DNA of 58,582 nt, filler included, from Jimgerdemannia flammicorona (GCA_003990765.1; 3 parts of 3 records of this genome joined end to end with filler, not necessarily neighbours in it); one strand, 5' to 3'; counted from the whole stretch's first letter, positions 11,773-24,809 are shown. The notes: generated by a model from the letters alone, not told the origin. Numbers and translations are program-made.

Positions 11773-14700
11773 ACATCTTTCTCTAGTATTATTCAGATTA
11801 CACAAACTTTTGACAATACTTTTAACATAGTTTTTAGAGAAAAGGTGATAGCAATATAGCAACTAATGAGTAATCAAAAGAGTATATTGGACAGAGTGAC
11901 TCTAATATATTTGACTGACAGTATGTAGAGAGAAGTTATGACTTGGGGAAAAGTCTGTTGGACTCTTATTTAGATGAATATAGGGTTGGCAATAGTGAGA
12001 GATAAGGTACTAATAGACAGAAGACCAAGAGAGTGAGCTTTACTAATAAGGTCAAGACTGGAGATCAGTCAGCAGACTTAGATAAATAGCTATAGAGAGG
12101 TAAGGAGAAGGTGAGGGCTGCAGAGCTGCTCAGAGTGATAGTGGTAGCAGAGCTGAGAGAGTAGTAGCTGGAAGAAGAAGTGACTGCTGATGGAGAGGCA
12201 ACTGTTAATCTGAAAAAAAATTCCAGATATAATGGCTGATAGAAGGTCTGAGTAGAGGAGAGACATAAGGCTCAGGAACTTAGCTAATAGTATAATGGGC
12301 CTAGTGGCAGTACCATTACTCAAGAAATTGGTATCTAAATTTATAGTCACTTTATACTTCCAGGGCTTAGTAGGGCAAAAATAATTCTGAGACTTCTGGC
12401 TCAGAAGGCAAAAAAAGTAGCCTTAGTGAAGTTTCAGAAGAGACTGGAGAAAGTAGAGATAGGCTTTAAAGAGGAGGATTTGATACTGAAAGTGTTGGAG
12501 AAAGAGGTGGTAGTTAAGGAAATAGCAATCTCTATGGCTTAATGCTTGTACTAAAACCCCCAGATAGTTTAGCTAGTAATAGTTAATATACTGACAGTAA
12601 AGAAAGAGGAGGCCAGAAAATTGATTATTGATACTATTAAGGAGTATAGTGATGTTATTGATATTGGTTTTTAGGTCCAGAGTTTAGAATAGAGGATGTA
12701 GATATCAGGGTGAGGCTGGCAGAAAAGAAGAATACTGGAAAAGAGAGAAACTGATTAGTAGTACTAAAGTGGGACCTAGTGGAGTATAAGGTCTCAAGAG
12801 TAAAGAGGATGCCTGAGGAGAAGGAGGAGGATTTGCTGGAGATATTAAAGGATCTGACTGGAGCAGTGGAGAGGAGAAGGCTGGTCTAGAAGGAGTTTGA
12901 GACTAAGATAGTGGTAGAGATTGTAAATGGTAAGAGAGTGAGACTGGATCAGACTGCTTGAGAGAGAGCTCAAGGAAGATAGTGACAAAAGAATTTATTG
13001 GCAAATTTGGAAGAAAGTATAGAGGGGGTAAATACTGCTGAGAGAGTTGGTTCATAGATTAGTATCTGGGTAGGAGAGAGAAGGATGGCTCAGGTGGAGG
13101 CCCTGATAGGAGGGTAGGGTTCAGGGGTAGAGTAAAGTAGCTAAAGATGAGATGATGGCTTAAGTCTGATATAGAGTTTCTACAAAGAGTGGAGAGACTG
13201 ATGAGCTGTAGGATATACTAAAAGAGAACTGAAATAAGTCAGTGAGGATGAATGCTGATGGGGGCCTAAGAGTAGGGGGGCAGGTGATAGCTCTGAAAGT
13301 AGAGGTAGTGATTGGAGATAACAATATAGTGGCTGATGAGTTGAGAGAGATTGATTTTTGTATTATTGGTGAGGTATGCTAGAATATAATCTTGTAAGGA
13401 GAGAAGGTAGTGCAAAAGCTCAGAGATGAGTTAATGGCTGCTCTACTAGAAATAGAGAAGTATGAGGTAAATACTGATAGGGAGGCTGTACTTCTGGTAA
13501 TTGCAAATGATCACATAGCATATCTGTGGGGTCTGAGGAAGGAGTTGGTAAAATAGCAGATAGTGTGTGAGAAATATAGGTCTTCTATAGAGGTGTAGAA
13601 TAAAGAGGACTGTCTGGAGATATTGGTAGCTCTGAATACTCAGCAGAGAGAGGTAAATAAACTTGAGACTAAAAGAAACTTAGATATAGCTGGTAATATA
13701 GTGAGTATAAAATTGTAGAGTAGGTAGTTCTTCTTTAATATAAATAGTATAACTAGGATTTTCTCTCTAAATATTAATAGATTATAGGGGACAGTGAGAT
13801 ATTAGAATATTTTCTGCTAGCTGAGAGGGCTGGATATTGATCTGTTCTTGTAATAGAATGTGAGATATGATGAGGACTTAGATATGTTAGACTAGACAAG
13901 AAAATAGAGAGATATAGCTATATAAAGGGACAGAATGAGAATTCTAATATAGAAAAAGAAGAGAGATATTGGGGATATTGAACACTGAGAGGGTAAAGTA
14001 GTGTGAGAGAGGTAGCAGAGACCAGACTGAGATTTAGTAGTTATTGGGTCTTACTATTATCTAGCAGAAAGAGAGACATACTTAGAGTAGATAAGAGGTG
14101 TGTGAGACTTGAGTGCTCTGGTAGAGATAGGGATTGACTACATTGATAGAGACTTTAACTTGATTTGTAATAGAAGATTAGACAGGACAGATGGTGAGCA
14201 GGAGCTATCTAGGAGGATATTAAATAGCTTAGTACTCTGATAGATATAGGTCAATAAGTGTGAGATAATTACTGAGTTTATATACATTAGACAGCTGAGC
14301 TTAGTTTGTAGATTGACTGGATCCTAACTACTGAGTACTAGAGGGAAATATTTGGAATAATTGGAAACAGTATAGTGCCTATAGTTTGACTATTGAGATC
14401 TTCTGAGATATAGAAGGTTTGGAGAAAGTAGGGAGGGGCTAGAATATTAGTACCTGAATACTTTCTTGCTAGATAAGCCCTCTTTGTAAGATATCTGAGT
14501 TTATTTGACTATAAGGAGTACTTCAATATTAGGCAGAAAGGTGAGTAGTATAGACTTCAGAATATTGACTAGATAAGTATGAGATACTGTCAGATTTCTG
14601 GTTGATAATTGAGAGTCAGCTAGGGGTACAGTCTTCTGAAGAGATAGAGAGAGAGCAGTAGAGTACTCTTTAGTCATGTCTAGTAGGAGAGGTTAGAGAT

Positions 14701-15000
14701 AAATAACTTTTAATAAAGTAGACTCTTGCTATTTGGATTGGACTCTCTGGACATTAGTTGAATATCTTTAAGAATAGCCAGAAGGTATTACTAAAAAGAG
14801 GCTAGTGAGGTGAAAGTAGCTATATACTATTGAAATTTTTAAATAAGTAGTGGACTGGGTAGAGACCCAGAGAAGATCTATATCATAAGCTTATAGAAAA
14901 GATATATATGAAGAGTAGAGGGTAGATTTAGACAATTGAGAGAGTGATTACTTTCAATTTTGAAAGGGTGAGAAGTGAGACCCCCCAGGAGATTGAATAG
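11773..15000 (+). mobile_element. Degenerate LINE, 5' half (5' UTR, ORF1, endonuclease)
   Basis: 5' UTR ctttctctagtattattcagattacacaaacttt matches the other LINE 5' ends; endonuclease start IFSLNIN at ~13760. Confidence 0.85.
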
Positions 15001-15427
15001 AGAGTAGAGCTATTATATAATATATTAGTATAGATAGATTTGGTAATAAATATACATAGAAGTCTAAATAACTATAAATATATATATATTTTTCTACTAT
15101 AAAAAGAGAGAACATATATCTCATAAATAATTTAATAAAAAGATCAATATGAATAAAGAACTATCCTCTTTACTATAACAGTAACCTCAGAATAATGATA
15201 TCAGTATAGAAGACAGTCTTTTCTTATAAGCCACCAGATCAGAGTATAAGAAGATCATATAGTATGACTCATCTGGACTATAAGATAAGCAATGATGACC
15301 AACTATGAGTCATTGTAACCACAAGATAGATATCTTGAGGAATATAAAAGAAGAATCAAGAAACCATAGTAGTAGCAATCCAAAAAAAAGCTCATAGAAA
15401 TAGTTCTAAAGACTTACTACAAATAAA

Positions 15428-16258
15428 ATATCTGCTACTTATCAAACCTCAAGATCCAGAAACCACCAAGGCCTCTCAGTCTAGGAAAGAATATTCTAAG
15501 ACATCAGAAGAGCTATGAGGACCCATACAAGAAGGACTCCTAGTATCAATCTAGATACTGGTGACCCCTATCATTATATCCTCTACTGTTACAAAATGGA
15601 AACAAGGATCACTATTGCTACTGAATACCTTTAGATGTAGTAGAAGTATGAAATAGGAAACCTCCTCTTCTGGAAATTCCCTCAGACCAGTCACCAGGAA
15701 ATACAAGATATCACTCCTATAGATGTATATGAAATAAGGATAGCCAAGAAGATTTATCAGATTTTCAGACATATACTATGGTCAATCCCCAACTTAGAGT
15801 ATACTAGGATCTCAGACTTCAAGAAACTGTTAGCCCATCATACCAATATACTAGAGACCATGGTGACCACAGAAGCCCAGTCTACTATCACTCTCAATAG
15901 TAATGAGGTAGAAGAGTTCTGGAATCCCATTCTTGAGGATAATCTTGATCAATTTCTGCAACAATTGATCTCAGCATTTCAAGGCCCCAGCATTTGGGTT
16001 AGACCTCCCCAAGACCTCACATTTATCTCTTATTTTGTGGAAGAGAATGTCATAGATTGGAGAGCCCCAGATCTCCTTGTTCTCTTCACTACTGAATGTG
16101 ATAATATTATCAGCAATAATGTTATCTCATGTGATATATGCAAAATAGACAAAATGTTCACAAACCTTATCTTCTTTGAAGACATCCTGTCTCCAACCTC
16201 TGATCTTGATAATAGTGATGAAGATGAAGCCTCCATAGTCCTGAACTTTCTGCTCTAA
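15428..16258 (+). pseudogene. Second copy of the LTR-encoded ORF (ATG mutated to ATA)
   Basis: ORF 15860-16258 (TEAQSTITLNSNEVEEFW...VEENVIDWRAPDL...VLNFLL) matches the C-terminal half of 9292-10134. Confidence 0.8.
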
Positions 16259-16342
16259 GTTCTTAGTAATACTAGATTCTACCAGTATTCTGATCTTGTA
16301 TAACTCAGAAATTCTTCTGGTATTCTTTTTCTATACTACTGA

Positions 16343-16766
16343 TAGTGCTCCCAAATGAGTCAAATCAATTCGAATCAAATCAAATTGAGGGTTAAATGAG
16401 TTGAATCGAATTGGGGATTTTTCAATTCGAATCAATTCAAATTGAATCAAAAGTTGAATCGAATTGAGGGTCTGATTCGAACCCTAATTTTCAAAATGCA
16501 ATAACTCAGCGTAAACTCATCCAAATCTAACGTACTTTAGCTTGTTAGAATCACATTAATATGGTGAATCCAACAAGCTAAAATATATTAAATTTGGATG
16601 AGATTTTGTCGAGTTATTACATTTTGAAAATTAAGGTTCGAATCGAACTTTGAATCGAATTGGACCTTTGATTCAATTCAAATCGAATCGAATTGGACCC
16701 TTGATTCGATTGAATCGAATCGAGTTTGGGCCAAATTCAATTCAATTCAATTCGTTGGGAGCACTA
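16343..16766. mobile_element. hAT-type MITE with subterminal TCGAA repeats and a central palindrome
   Basis: TIR TAGTGCTCCCAA...TTGGGAGCACTA; flanks ctactga/ccactga; absent from LTR copy 1. Confidence 0.88.
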
Positions 16767-17729
16767 CCACTGAAATTCTACTGGCATCTTGAATTTGTAC
16801 AACTATTTGTACAGATACTTGAACTTGTACTTATGTATAACTGTAGTTTTCTGTATTCCAGTATTTTATTTGGTTATTAGAATTTATATTTAGCTTTATA
16901 ACTTAGCAACTATTGAATTATATTTTGTATAAATACCCCTCTTATTTTCTTTGAAATAAAGTCAATCAAGTTCACTTACTCTCAATTCCATGCAAGCAAT
17001 TTAAGAGATAACAAGATAGTTTAAAGATAAGAAGTTTGAGGACTATAAGATCTTGAGAAGGCACTCTAATAAGAACTTGCTTATAACAAACTTATAGTTA
17101 GTCTAAGAGATACACCTTGGAGAGAATCTGACATATTTGAAGAACTTAGTAACTACTACATAATATTACATACTATTACTATAATAGGAGATAATCTTAA
17201 AAGAATCTCTGAAAAAATCAAGGTCAAGAGATTCTACATTGTTTAAAAATTCCAAATAAAGTATATAAATCTAATACTGGCTAAAACCTCTACTCAAGCA
17301 TAGAAATAACTATTAAACTGAATAAGCAAGTAACAATTAGTATAGGTGTTAGAATAGAAGTCTCCAAAGGAGCTTATATCTGTCTTATAGAAAGAAGCAG
17401 TCTGGCTAAGAAAGATAGACTCTATATAGCTAGAGAAGTTATAGATCAAGAATTCAAAGGTAAAATCAATATTCTGTTATATAATACTAGATAGAAGATA
17501 GTTGAAATTATATTTAAAAAATAAATTATCTAAGTCTTTTTTGAGATAATATATAATAACTTTAAAGTCAAAAAAACAAACAAACTATTACTTTCCAATA
17601 GAGGAGAAAAAGCTTTTGGATTAATAGAAAAACACTCTGATAAGACCAAAGAGAAGACTAGAATATAAAATATTATTTATATTGAAGAATCTCAAGACCA
17701 AGACTAGAAATAATACCAGTACATTACTG

Positions 17730-18015
17730 ATAGATATATTCTAGCAAGGGTCTCTGGAGTGTTAGGAGAGATAGTGGCCCTCTGTGATCTTGTTCTTCTG
17801 AGGGGTTGGTAGGTGGGAGGGCAGGACCTAGGACTAGTGGCCCTATTGTATAAGGACAAAAGGAGGAGAGAGAATTAGAAGAACTAGAGGCCAATCATAC
17901 TTCTGGATATGGATAGAAAGATGGTGACTAAGGTAATTATTGTGAGATTACAGAAGATTGCCCAACAGGTATTGGGTGAGAAGTAGTAGAGCTTTGTTGG
18001 AGACAGACTTATTAG
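17730..18015 (+). mobile_element. LINE RT fragment
   Basis: LVALLYKDK...RPIILLDMDRKMVTKVII...FVGDRLI matches the other LINE RTs. Confidence 0.85.
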
Positions 18016-18049
18016 TAGTGCATCGCAACCCAAGCCGACCTGTATACAT

Positions 18050-18285
18050 ATTTAACCTGACCCAGAATTATATGTCACCCGTCTTTAACCCGACCTGGAA
18101 TTATACATCACCCATCTTTAACCCGACCCAGAATAATATGTCACCCATCTTTAACCCAACCTGGAATAATATGTCACCCGTCTTTAACCCGACTTGGAAT
18201 TATATGTCACCCATCTTTAACCTGACCTGGAAATGTATGTCACCCATCTTTAACCCAACCCAAGAAATATATGTGACCCGACCCT
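18050..18285. repeat. 33-bp tandem repeat, about 7 units (tttaacccgacctggaattatatgtcacccatc)
   Basis: Units read directly; no unique spacers. Confidence 0.92.
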
Positions 18286-18459
18286 GACCTATATTTAACC
18301 CATCTTTAATCCACCTTTAAGCTATAAGGTACAAAAAAAAATATATTGCACATCTAAGATATATATTTAGAATAAACAAACAGAAACATAATTAGGAATC
18401 AGAAATCAAAATGAAATCGGAAATAAATAGGAAGTAAATTAGGAACATAAAGAACTTAC

Positions 18460-19463
18460 CAGTGTGAACAGATCTTACTCTTCATTGCTATAAACCAACT
18501 GATCCTCCTCTTCATCACTATAAACCAACTGATCCTCCTCCTTCTCATATTCCGAACCATCTTCCTCCATATATTCCAAACTGCTTTCCTCTATATCCTC
18601 CTCCTCCATATCCTCCTCTGGGCCGACCTCCTCTATGCCAACCTCCATTTTGTCCTCTATGCCGACCTCCCCGTATTCCTCCACACTGACCTCCCTGTGT
18701 TCCTCCACGCTGACCTCCCCATGTTCCTCCGTGCCAACCTCCCATGTTCCTCCGCACCGACCTTCCCCATGCCAACCTCCCCATGTTCCTCTATACTGAC
18801 CTCCCCCGTGCTGACCTCTCCATGTTCCTTCATGCTGACCTCCTCCATGCCAACCTCTCCTGCACCGACCTCCCCCGTGCCGACCTCCCCCGTGCTAACC
18901 TCCCCTGCGCTGATCTCCCCTGCGCCAACTACCCCACGCCAACCTCTCCACTGACCTCTCCACCAGTGCCGACTCCTCCACCGGCACTGACCTCTCCCAC
19001 CTCTCCATCTCCTCCACCACCACCCCCCTCAACAAAATGCACAAGCCTGCCATCCATCAGTCGCGTATAAAGCATTTTGTCATTCTTCACCGGTACTCAT
19101 TCAAATATAGCCAGCAGTTTTTCATGTTCATCCATGACAACAATTCCATCTGAACAACCTCACTTGTTCCATGCTTTGGCATTCACCTTGAAGCTGGTGT
19201 GGTATGACGAACGTTCTACGATTTTCACATGGTTTTCTATCGCTCTTATGACTTCTTGCCTCAGTTGGTCATCATGTACTTTCTTAATACATTTGTTGGC
19301 CACAGCGAAAGCACGCCTAATGTCCGATTTGTAAGGCCTTTTCTCCATGAGGTTTGGGGCATCCAGGAAATTGATTTGGCAATGCTTCCAGGTGGTGTTT
19401 GGGCAAACTTGATGGCAAAAATGGCAATTGTAGCAAGATTTGCGCTCTGGCCCAGGCTTAGAA
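18460..19463 (-). pseudogene. Degenerate ORF: Cys-rich segment, helical middle, Gly/Glu-rich 15/30-bp repeat tail
   Basis: Frame KSCYNCHFCHQVC...MEKRPYK...AWNK*GCSDG...FE*VPVK continues through TGA stops (probably from CGA) into GEVG/EEHGEV repeats; GTAAGT donor-like site near 18459. Confidence 0.5.
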
Positions 19464-19563
19464 NNNNNNNNNNNNNNNNNNNNNNNNNNNNNNNNNNNNN
19501 NNNNNNNTTAATTAATTAANNNNNNNNNNNNNNNNNNNNNNNNNNNNNNNNNNNNNNNNNNNN
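19464..19563. other. Artificial contig spacer
   Basis: N44-TTAATTAATTAA-N44, identical to 39027-39126. Confidence 0.98.
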
Positions 19564-19950
19564 TTTTTTTCATAGTCACCTGGACCCCACTATTTATTAC
19601 CAGTCTATTGTTAAATATATAGTCTTCCTCCTACTACCCAATCCCCATAGGGGGACCTCTCCTCACTCTGACCCAAGCAAAGACCACCTTCTCCCCAACT
19701 ACTCCCACTCTTCCCCCACTCTGCCTACAAATTTTCTCCACCAGATTATACCTCTGACCCCTCTGTATCCCCCAACCTAGCCACCAGCCTGTCAAGGTAT
19801 CCTCCATAAGGCTATGCCACTGCCACAGCCAGACCTCCAAGCCCAGTTTCCTCCCATCTTCGAACACAAATAACCAGTGGCCAGCCAACCCTACCCAAAT
19901 GGCCAGTGCCCAGCCTAGCATGAGTTATTCCTTTCTCACCCCCCCCCCCT
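19564..19950 (-). mobile_element. LINE 3' end fragment with poly(A)
   Basis: ttttttt catagtcac matches 39127 onward; ORF LGWALAIWVGLAGHWLFVFE matches the LINE ORF2 C-terminus. Confidence 0.85.
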
Positions 19951-19959
19951 GTTAAGTGG

Positions 19960-22900
19960 CAGTGTCTGTTTTGTTGGCTAAAAGTTAGGAGATATGATGT
20001 GGTACTTCAGGATGTTCAAGCTTATGGTGAACAGGACTATGAGAAGTAGTACAAGGAATAGTATGGCAATACTGGTTAGAATAGGCAGGTGGGCATATTA
20101 GTGGGTATTAATAGGGGTGAATTGATAAAAGTGGAAGCCTATGGTGATCAGATGATATGGGGAAGATTAAAAGAAGGACTGGGAGATAGACTGGTGGTGG
20201 CCTCTGCCTATCTTCTAGTAGTTGGCAGAGAGTGAAAGCAATGGGTGGAGAATTGGCTAACATGAGAGGGCTGGGAGGAGATGGAGTTGGACATTCTAGG
20301 GGGAGATTTTAACATAATGCATGACAGAACTCTGGATAGGTCTGATGGGGGAGTAGGTGTGGCAGTCTCAGCAGGGCTGGCTTAGTGGCTCCAGGTTGAG
20401 AGAGATATAGATCTGGTGGATGATATTCAACAGCAGCAAAGAGAAAAGCCAGGGCCCTTTACTTGATGGTATTCAGTGGGCAAAGGTCTGGTAGGGACAA
20501 GAATCAATTGGATTCTGGTGGCTGAAGGTTGGGGAAATGTTCTGAATATTGTGGGGGCTAGGTGGTGCCCTTGGTCAGATTATTGGAGAGTGGAAGTGAG
20601 TGGCAGATTTCAGGAGATCCAGGGGTAAGGGTTACTGGCAGCTCAATATAGTACTTTTCTATAGGCAGGCAGAATGAAATAACTTTATAGAGATAGCAAA
20701 ACAGGAGGTAGCAAGGTAGAAGGAGGAAGGGCAACAGATAGAGCAGTAGTGGGGTAAATTCAAACATTTGGCTGGTGCCTATTGATAGGATGTAGAGGAG
20801 GTTGCTGGGAGAGAGCAAAAGGACAAAGAGAGGAGAGTAGAGCAAGGACTATAATGATAGTTGAGATTGATGGAAAGGGGGAATCTGTCTGAAGCAAGGC
20901 ACTCTCAGTTGGCTGCAGAGTTGGCTGAATTGTAGCTAGATCTTAGAGTAGCTGAGAATAGAGTAGTTGATAGCCTACTAGTGAGGCTGTGAACAAGGTG
21001 GTTAGAGGAAAGAGAGCAGCCTATAAAGTATCTATTGGGCATCTTGAAGGCCAGAAAAGTATGACATAGCTGGGCTTCTATATTGTGTGAGGATGGGGTT
21101 GAGGTCACTGGAATTATGGAAATACTGGGCAAGATTTCTGGGTAATGGTGAGACCTCTGGCAGGATGAAGGGGGACCAGTGGTGAGTAGGGTGATGCAAG
21201 AAGACAATGACAATTTGGTTTGAAGTTGGCCAGTAGTAGTGCAGTCTAAAATGAGTGAGGTGATAATAGATAGAGTGGTTCTAAAAGAGGTATTGGAGGT
21301 GTTGGAGAAAGTACAGATGGGTTCATCTCTGGGAGAGGATGGGTTGCCATGGGAATTCTAAAAGGAGTTCCAGATTGAGTTTGGAGACTGGCTAGTTGAA
21401 ATGGCAAACTTTATCTTGAAGGAAGAAAGCTGGATTAGCAATGGTTCTGTAGGGCTAGTCTCTCTACTATATAAGAAGAAAGGAGATTGGCAGGTGTAGT
21501 GGAATTGACAGCCAATTATGTTACTAAATGTAGACAGGAAACTGGTATCTAAGATCCTGGCTGGGAGGATGTAGTAGTAGATTAGCAGACTGGTGGGGGA
21601 GGACCAAAGAGGCTTTGTCAAAGGGAGGCAGATTAGAGATAGTATAACTTGGGTATAGAATGTTTTGGAGGGCTATTAGAGTCAGTAAGTAGATGGGAGG
21701 ATAGTCTTCTTGGATCAGGAGAAGGCATATAATAGAGTATAGTGAAACTATCTTAAGGTGGTACTACAAAAAGCTGGGTTCCATTCTGAAGAGATAAGGA
21801 GGTTGATGGGGCTGGTACAAGGTTGTCAAGCAGTAGTCCTGATGAATGGATGGAGTGATCCAGAGTTCATCTTAGGGAGGGGGGTACTACAGAGTGACCT
21901 GCTCTCCCCTCTTCTCTATATTCTTTCCTTGAAACCTTTGTTGGCCTAGCTGAAGGGGTGGCTAACTGGATTGTGAATGAGAGATATAGTCTGGAAACTG
22001 GGGACATTTGCTAATGATATGGTAGTTAGACTGAGCTACTTAGAGGATATAGGATGTCTGCAAGAAGGGATTGGAGAGTATAAGAGGTTGGTAGGTATAA
22101 AATTGAACTGAGACAAGTGTGAGATGATGGAGCTTAGTATAGGTTTGGAAGAGAATGAGAGATTTGGAAAGACAGTAGCTGTTGAGAATACAGTTCATTA
22201 TTTGGGCATCTGGTTTTCAGTTTATGAGACAGTATTGCCAAAGGAGTGGTGGTGTAGTATGATATAGAAGTGGGAAAGAGCACTAGCTGGTTGGTCAGGG
22301 AGGTACTTCTCCTTAGTGAGGAGAGTGGTGGTCCTGAATGTGTATTGGTTACCAAAACTGTGGTATTTGGGATATCATTTGGATTTTTCAAGTTGGGTGG
22401 TACAGAAGTTGAAGAAGGTAGTGGAAGGATAGTTATAGCAAGGAGGATGGCCACAAATTAGTTGGGAGATAGTGATATTAGGGAAAGCTGATAAAGGTCT
22501 GGGATTGGTGGACTTTCAGAGGAGGTTGAAGGTACTTCAGGGTTTGTGGAGATATTAGCTGGTAGAGCTAGGAGAAGAAGGTTGGGGCAGACTGACTATG
22601 GACAATTGGGAGGTCAGGTTCTGCCCCCATAGAGAGATCTGGAAGGATATGTGAGGGCTGCTTCAGGTGAGAAAGGTCAGTAGATTGCAGTTCAAAGAGT
22701 TCTAGTGGAATATTGTAGAGGCCTATCTGGCTATGGGATTGACAAAGAGAGGGTGAGAATCTAGAGTAGTAATGGTAGCAGTTGGAGGACCTGCACATTA
22801 GTAGACACTGGTTGGTGGAGTATTCTCTGATAGAGGCAATAGTGTAGATCAGATCTGACCCTCTTGAAAGGGGGCTGGTAGACTGGCAGAAGGCTGAGTT

Positions 22901-23626
22901 TGGGGAGGATTGAGATTGAGGAAAGATCTAGAGCTGGGGGGATTTCTTGCTTAAGGTTATACTATCTAAGTACTGGGTGGTATGGTAGAGATTCATGAGG
23001 AGGAACATGATGCTCAGTTATAAGACAGGATGAATGAAAGTGGATAGAGGTAGGAATTGTAAGTAGTATAGTAAGATGGATGGTAGAGTGGTGCAGATAC
23101 CAGAGTATATTCTGGTAGAATGTCCAGGAATAGAAGAGTACTGGCAGATACTAGAAGGATATTGGGGCCTAAAGGAGAGGAGGTTTGGAGAACTCACTGG
23201 TCTGATAGTCAAGAGGCATCTAGTTGAAGTCTCTGGAGATATTTTGAGTGGGCTGGGCTGAGTTCTTGGAGTCTGGATTTTGATGGCAGTATATTGGCAT
23301 TGGGTATTTGAGCAGGAGCCTTGGATGGAGATAGGGGAGTTGGTTGAGAGGTGGTAATGGCTCATTAGGGAGGTAGTGCAAGAATGGTAGTTTCAGGGAA
23401 AGTGGCAATAGCTGGGAGTCTTGAGGAGAGTACAGAACATTGTAAAGAAGAGTCATGATAATTTAATACTAGATGACTGAAGAGTTAGGTAGAAGGAAGG
23501 GGTTGGCTGAGAGGTCTTTCTGTATATATCTTAGTAGTAGTCAGAGTGAGGGCCTTATTAATATATTAGAATCTAGGTAATAAAGGAGTCTAAGAGACTA
23601 AAAAAAAAAAAAAAAAAAAAAAAAAA
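19960..23626 (+). mobile_element. Degenerate LINE ORF2 (endonuclease + RT) of a related family, ending in poly(A)
   Basis: LGGDFN, GEDGLPWEF, PIMLLNVDRKLVSKILA, LDQEKAYNRV, RGVLQSDLLSPLLY and FANDMVV motifs; A-tail at 23600-23626. Confidence 0.9.
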
Positions 23627-24465
23627 GCAAAGAAAAACTCCCCTCAAAGTATAAAACAGTAGATAAGACCTGGTTCTCCCTAGTGAAATAAGTAGAGAAC
23701 TTATATATAAGACAAGAGAAGACCTCTAATACTTTACTACTCAAGTCTATAAGTCTTGATCATATTGCTATATCAGCTCTTAGTTTTAGTTAAGTATAGC
23801 TAAGATGTCTGACCCAGATAGCCTTGGGCCCCCCAATAACTTCCAAATGATATTGCAATATACTGAGAGCAACCAAGAGTGATACCTACTACCTAATTAC
23901 TCTATATCAATTAAAAGGTCTCATCAATATATGTAGTATCTATCTCAGCTCTGATAACTACTCTCAGCCTAGTACTCTACTGATCTACTGTTATTACTCT
24001 TCTACCTATCTATGATAGCCATCTTCTTTCTCATCTCAATAATACCTAAAAAACAGCCATCTATACCAGAACTGTACTTACTAAGAAGCTTGCCAAAGCC
24101 AGAGAGTCTCACTATAGATATTAAGAACCTATAAGTAACCTATACTGAGCACTTGATACTCAAGATCAGCTAACTCTCTATACAACCTATGATATACCAA
24201 GATGATACCTTATTGATAATAGTAAAAGGAGAAAAGTGCTATATCAAAATAGATATATCTCAGATGAGCTAAAGATACCAGAAACTACAAAAATGTAAAG
24301 AAGACACCAATCTGATACTGATAAAAAGGCAACTCATCACCATTATCTCTCTTCTACTGTTCTGCAATAGGTATAGTAAACCAACCTAAGGTAGAGAGAG
24401 TATTAGTTATAAAAGTGGACTTGGAAGATTATTTATCAAATCTTATAACTAATAAAATAGTAGAG
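23627..24465. repeat. Unclassified interspersed repeat, copy 2
   Basis: Colinear with 7625-8490. Confidence 0.8.
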
Positions 24466-24504
24466 AAAAGAGTATATATATTCTTCTATTTATATATATA
24501 TATA

Positions 24505-24761
24505 TCCTTTTGACTATAGATAAGATCATCTTTTAAAATCATTTAGCAGACAAATTAAGGTTTGAAAAAAATGATTTTTTGAAATATTGTTTTTCTGTTA
24601 AAAATATATCTCAATTTGTTTAAAAAAAATTTTTTACCAAAAGTAGAATTATTATATAAAAAATTATTGGTAATTTTTTTTAAAAAAAACTATTATGATT
24701 TTAAAAGTTATAAACTTTTAAAATCTTATCTCTAAATATAGATACAAAACAGTCAAAGAGA
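24505..24761. mobile_element. Small AT-rich TIR element (MITE)
   Basis: Imperfect TIR tccttttgactat...acagtcaaagaga flanked by TATA. Confidence 0.45.
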
Positions 24762-24809
24762 TATAATAATGAATTATACATATGATATAGTAAAGTATAA
24801 GTAATTTGA

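Larger units (their letters stand above)
15174..17160 (+). mobile_element. LTR copy 2, more mutated and interrupted by a MITE
   Basis: tataacagtaacctcag...ctactaca aligns to 9050-10578 along its length. Confidence 0.8.
18016..19463. mobile_element. End of a putative DNA transposon (hAT-like TAGTG terminus) inserted in the LINE RT, running off the contig
   Basis: Abrupt switch at TAGTGCATCGCAACC; ACCCGACC subterminal repeats; CpG partly retained. No transposase motif identified. Confidence 0.5.

Noticed and set aside
9050..17160. Two LTRs as the ends of one intact retrotransposon
   Set aside because: The interior is mostly LINE sequence with no pol, no shared TSD is visible, and the copies differ strongly in decay; independent solo LTRs are more likely, though this is not excluded.
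18050..18285. 33-bp periodic repeat as a CRISPR array
   Set aside because: Head-to-tail units with no unique spacers, no cas genes, eukaryotic context.
19464..19563. TTAATTAATTAA palindrome within N runs (also 39027-39126)
   Set aside because: Artificial all-frame stop spacer; contigs are 19463, 19463 and 19456 bp (size-sorted), so cross-spacer adjacency is meaningless.
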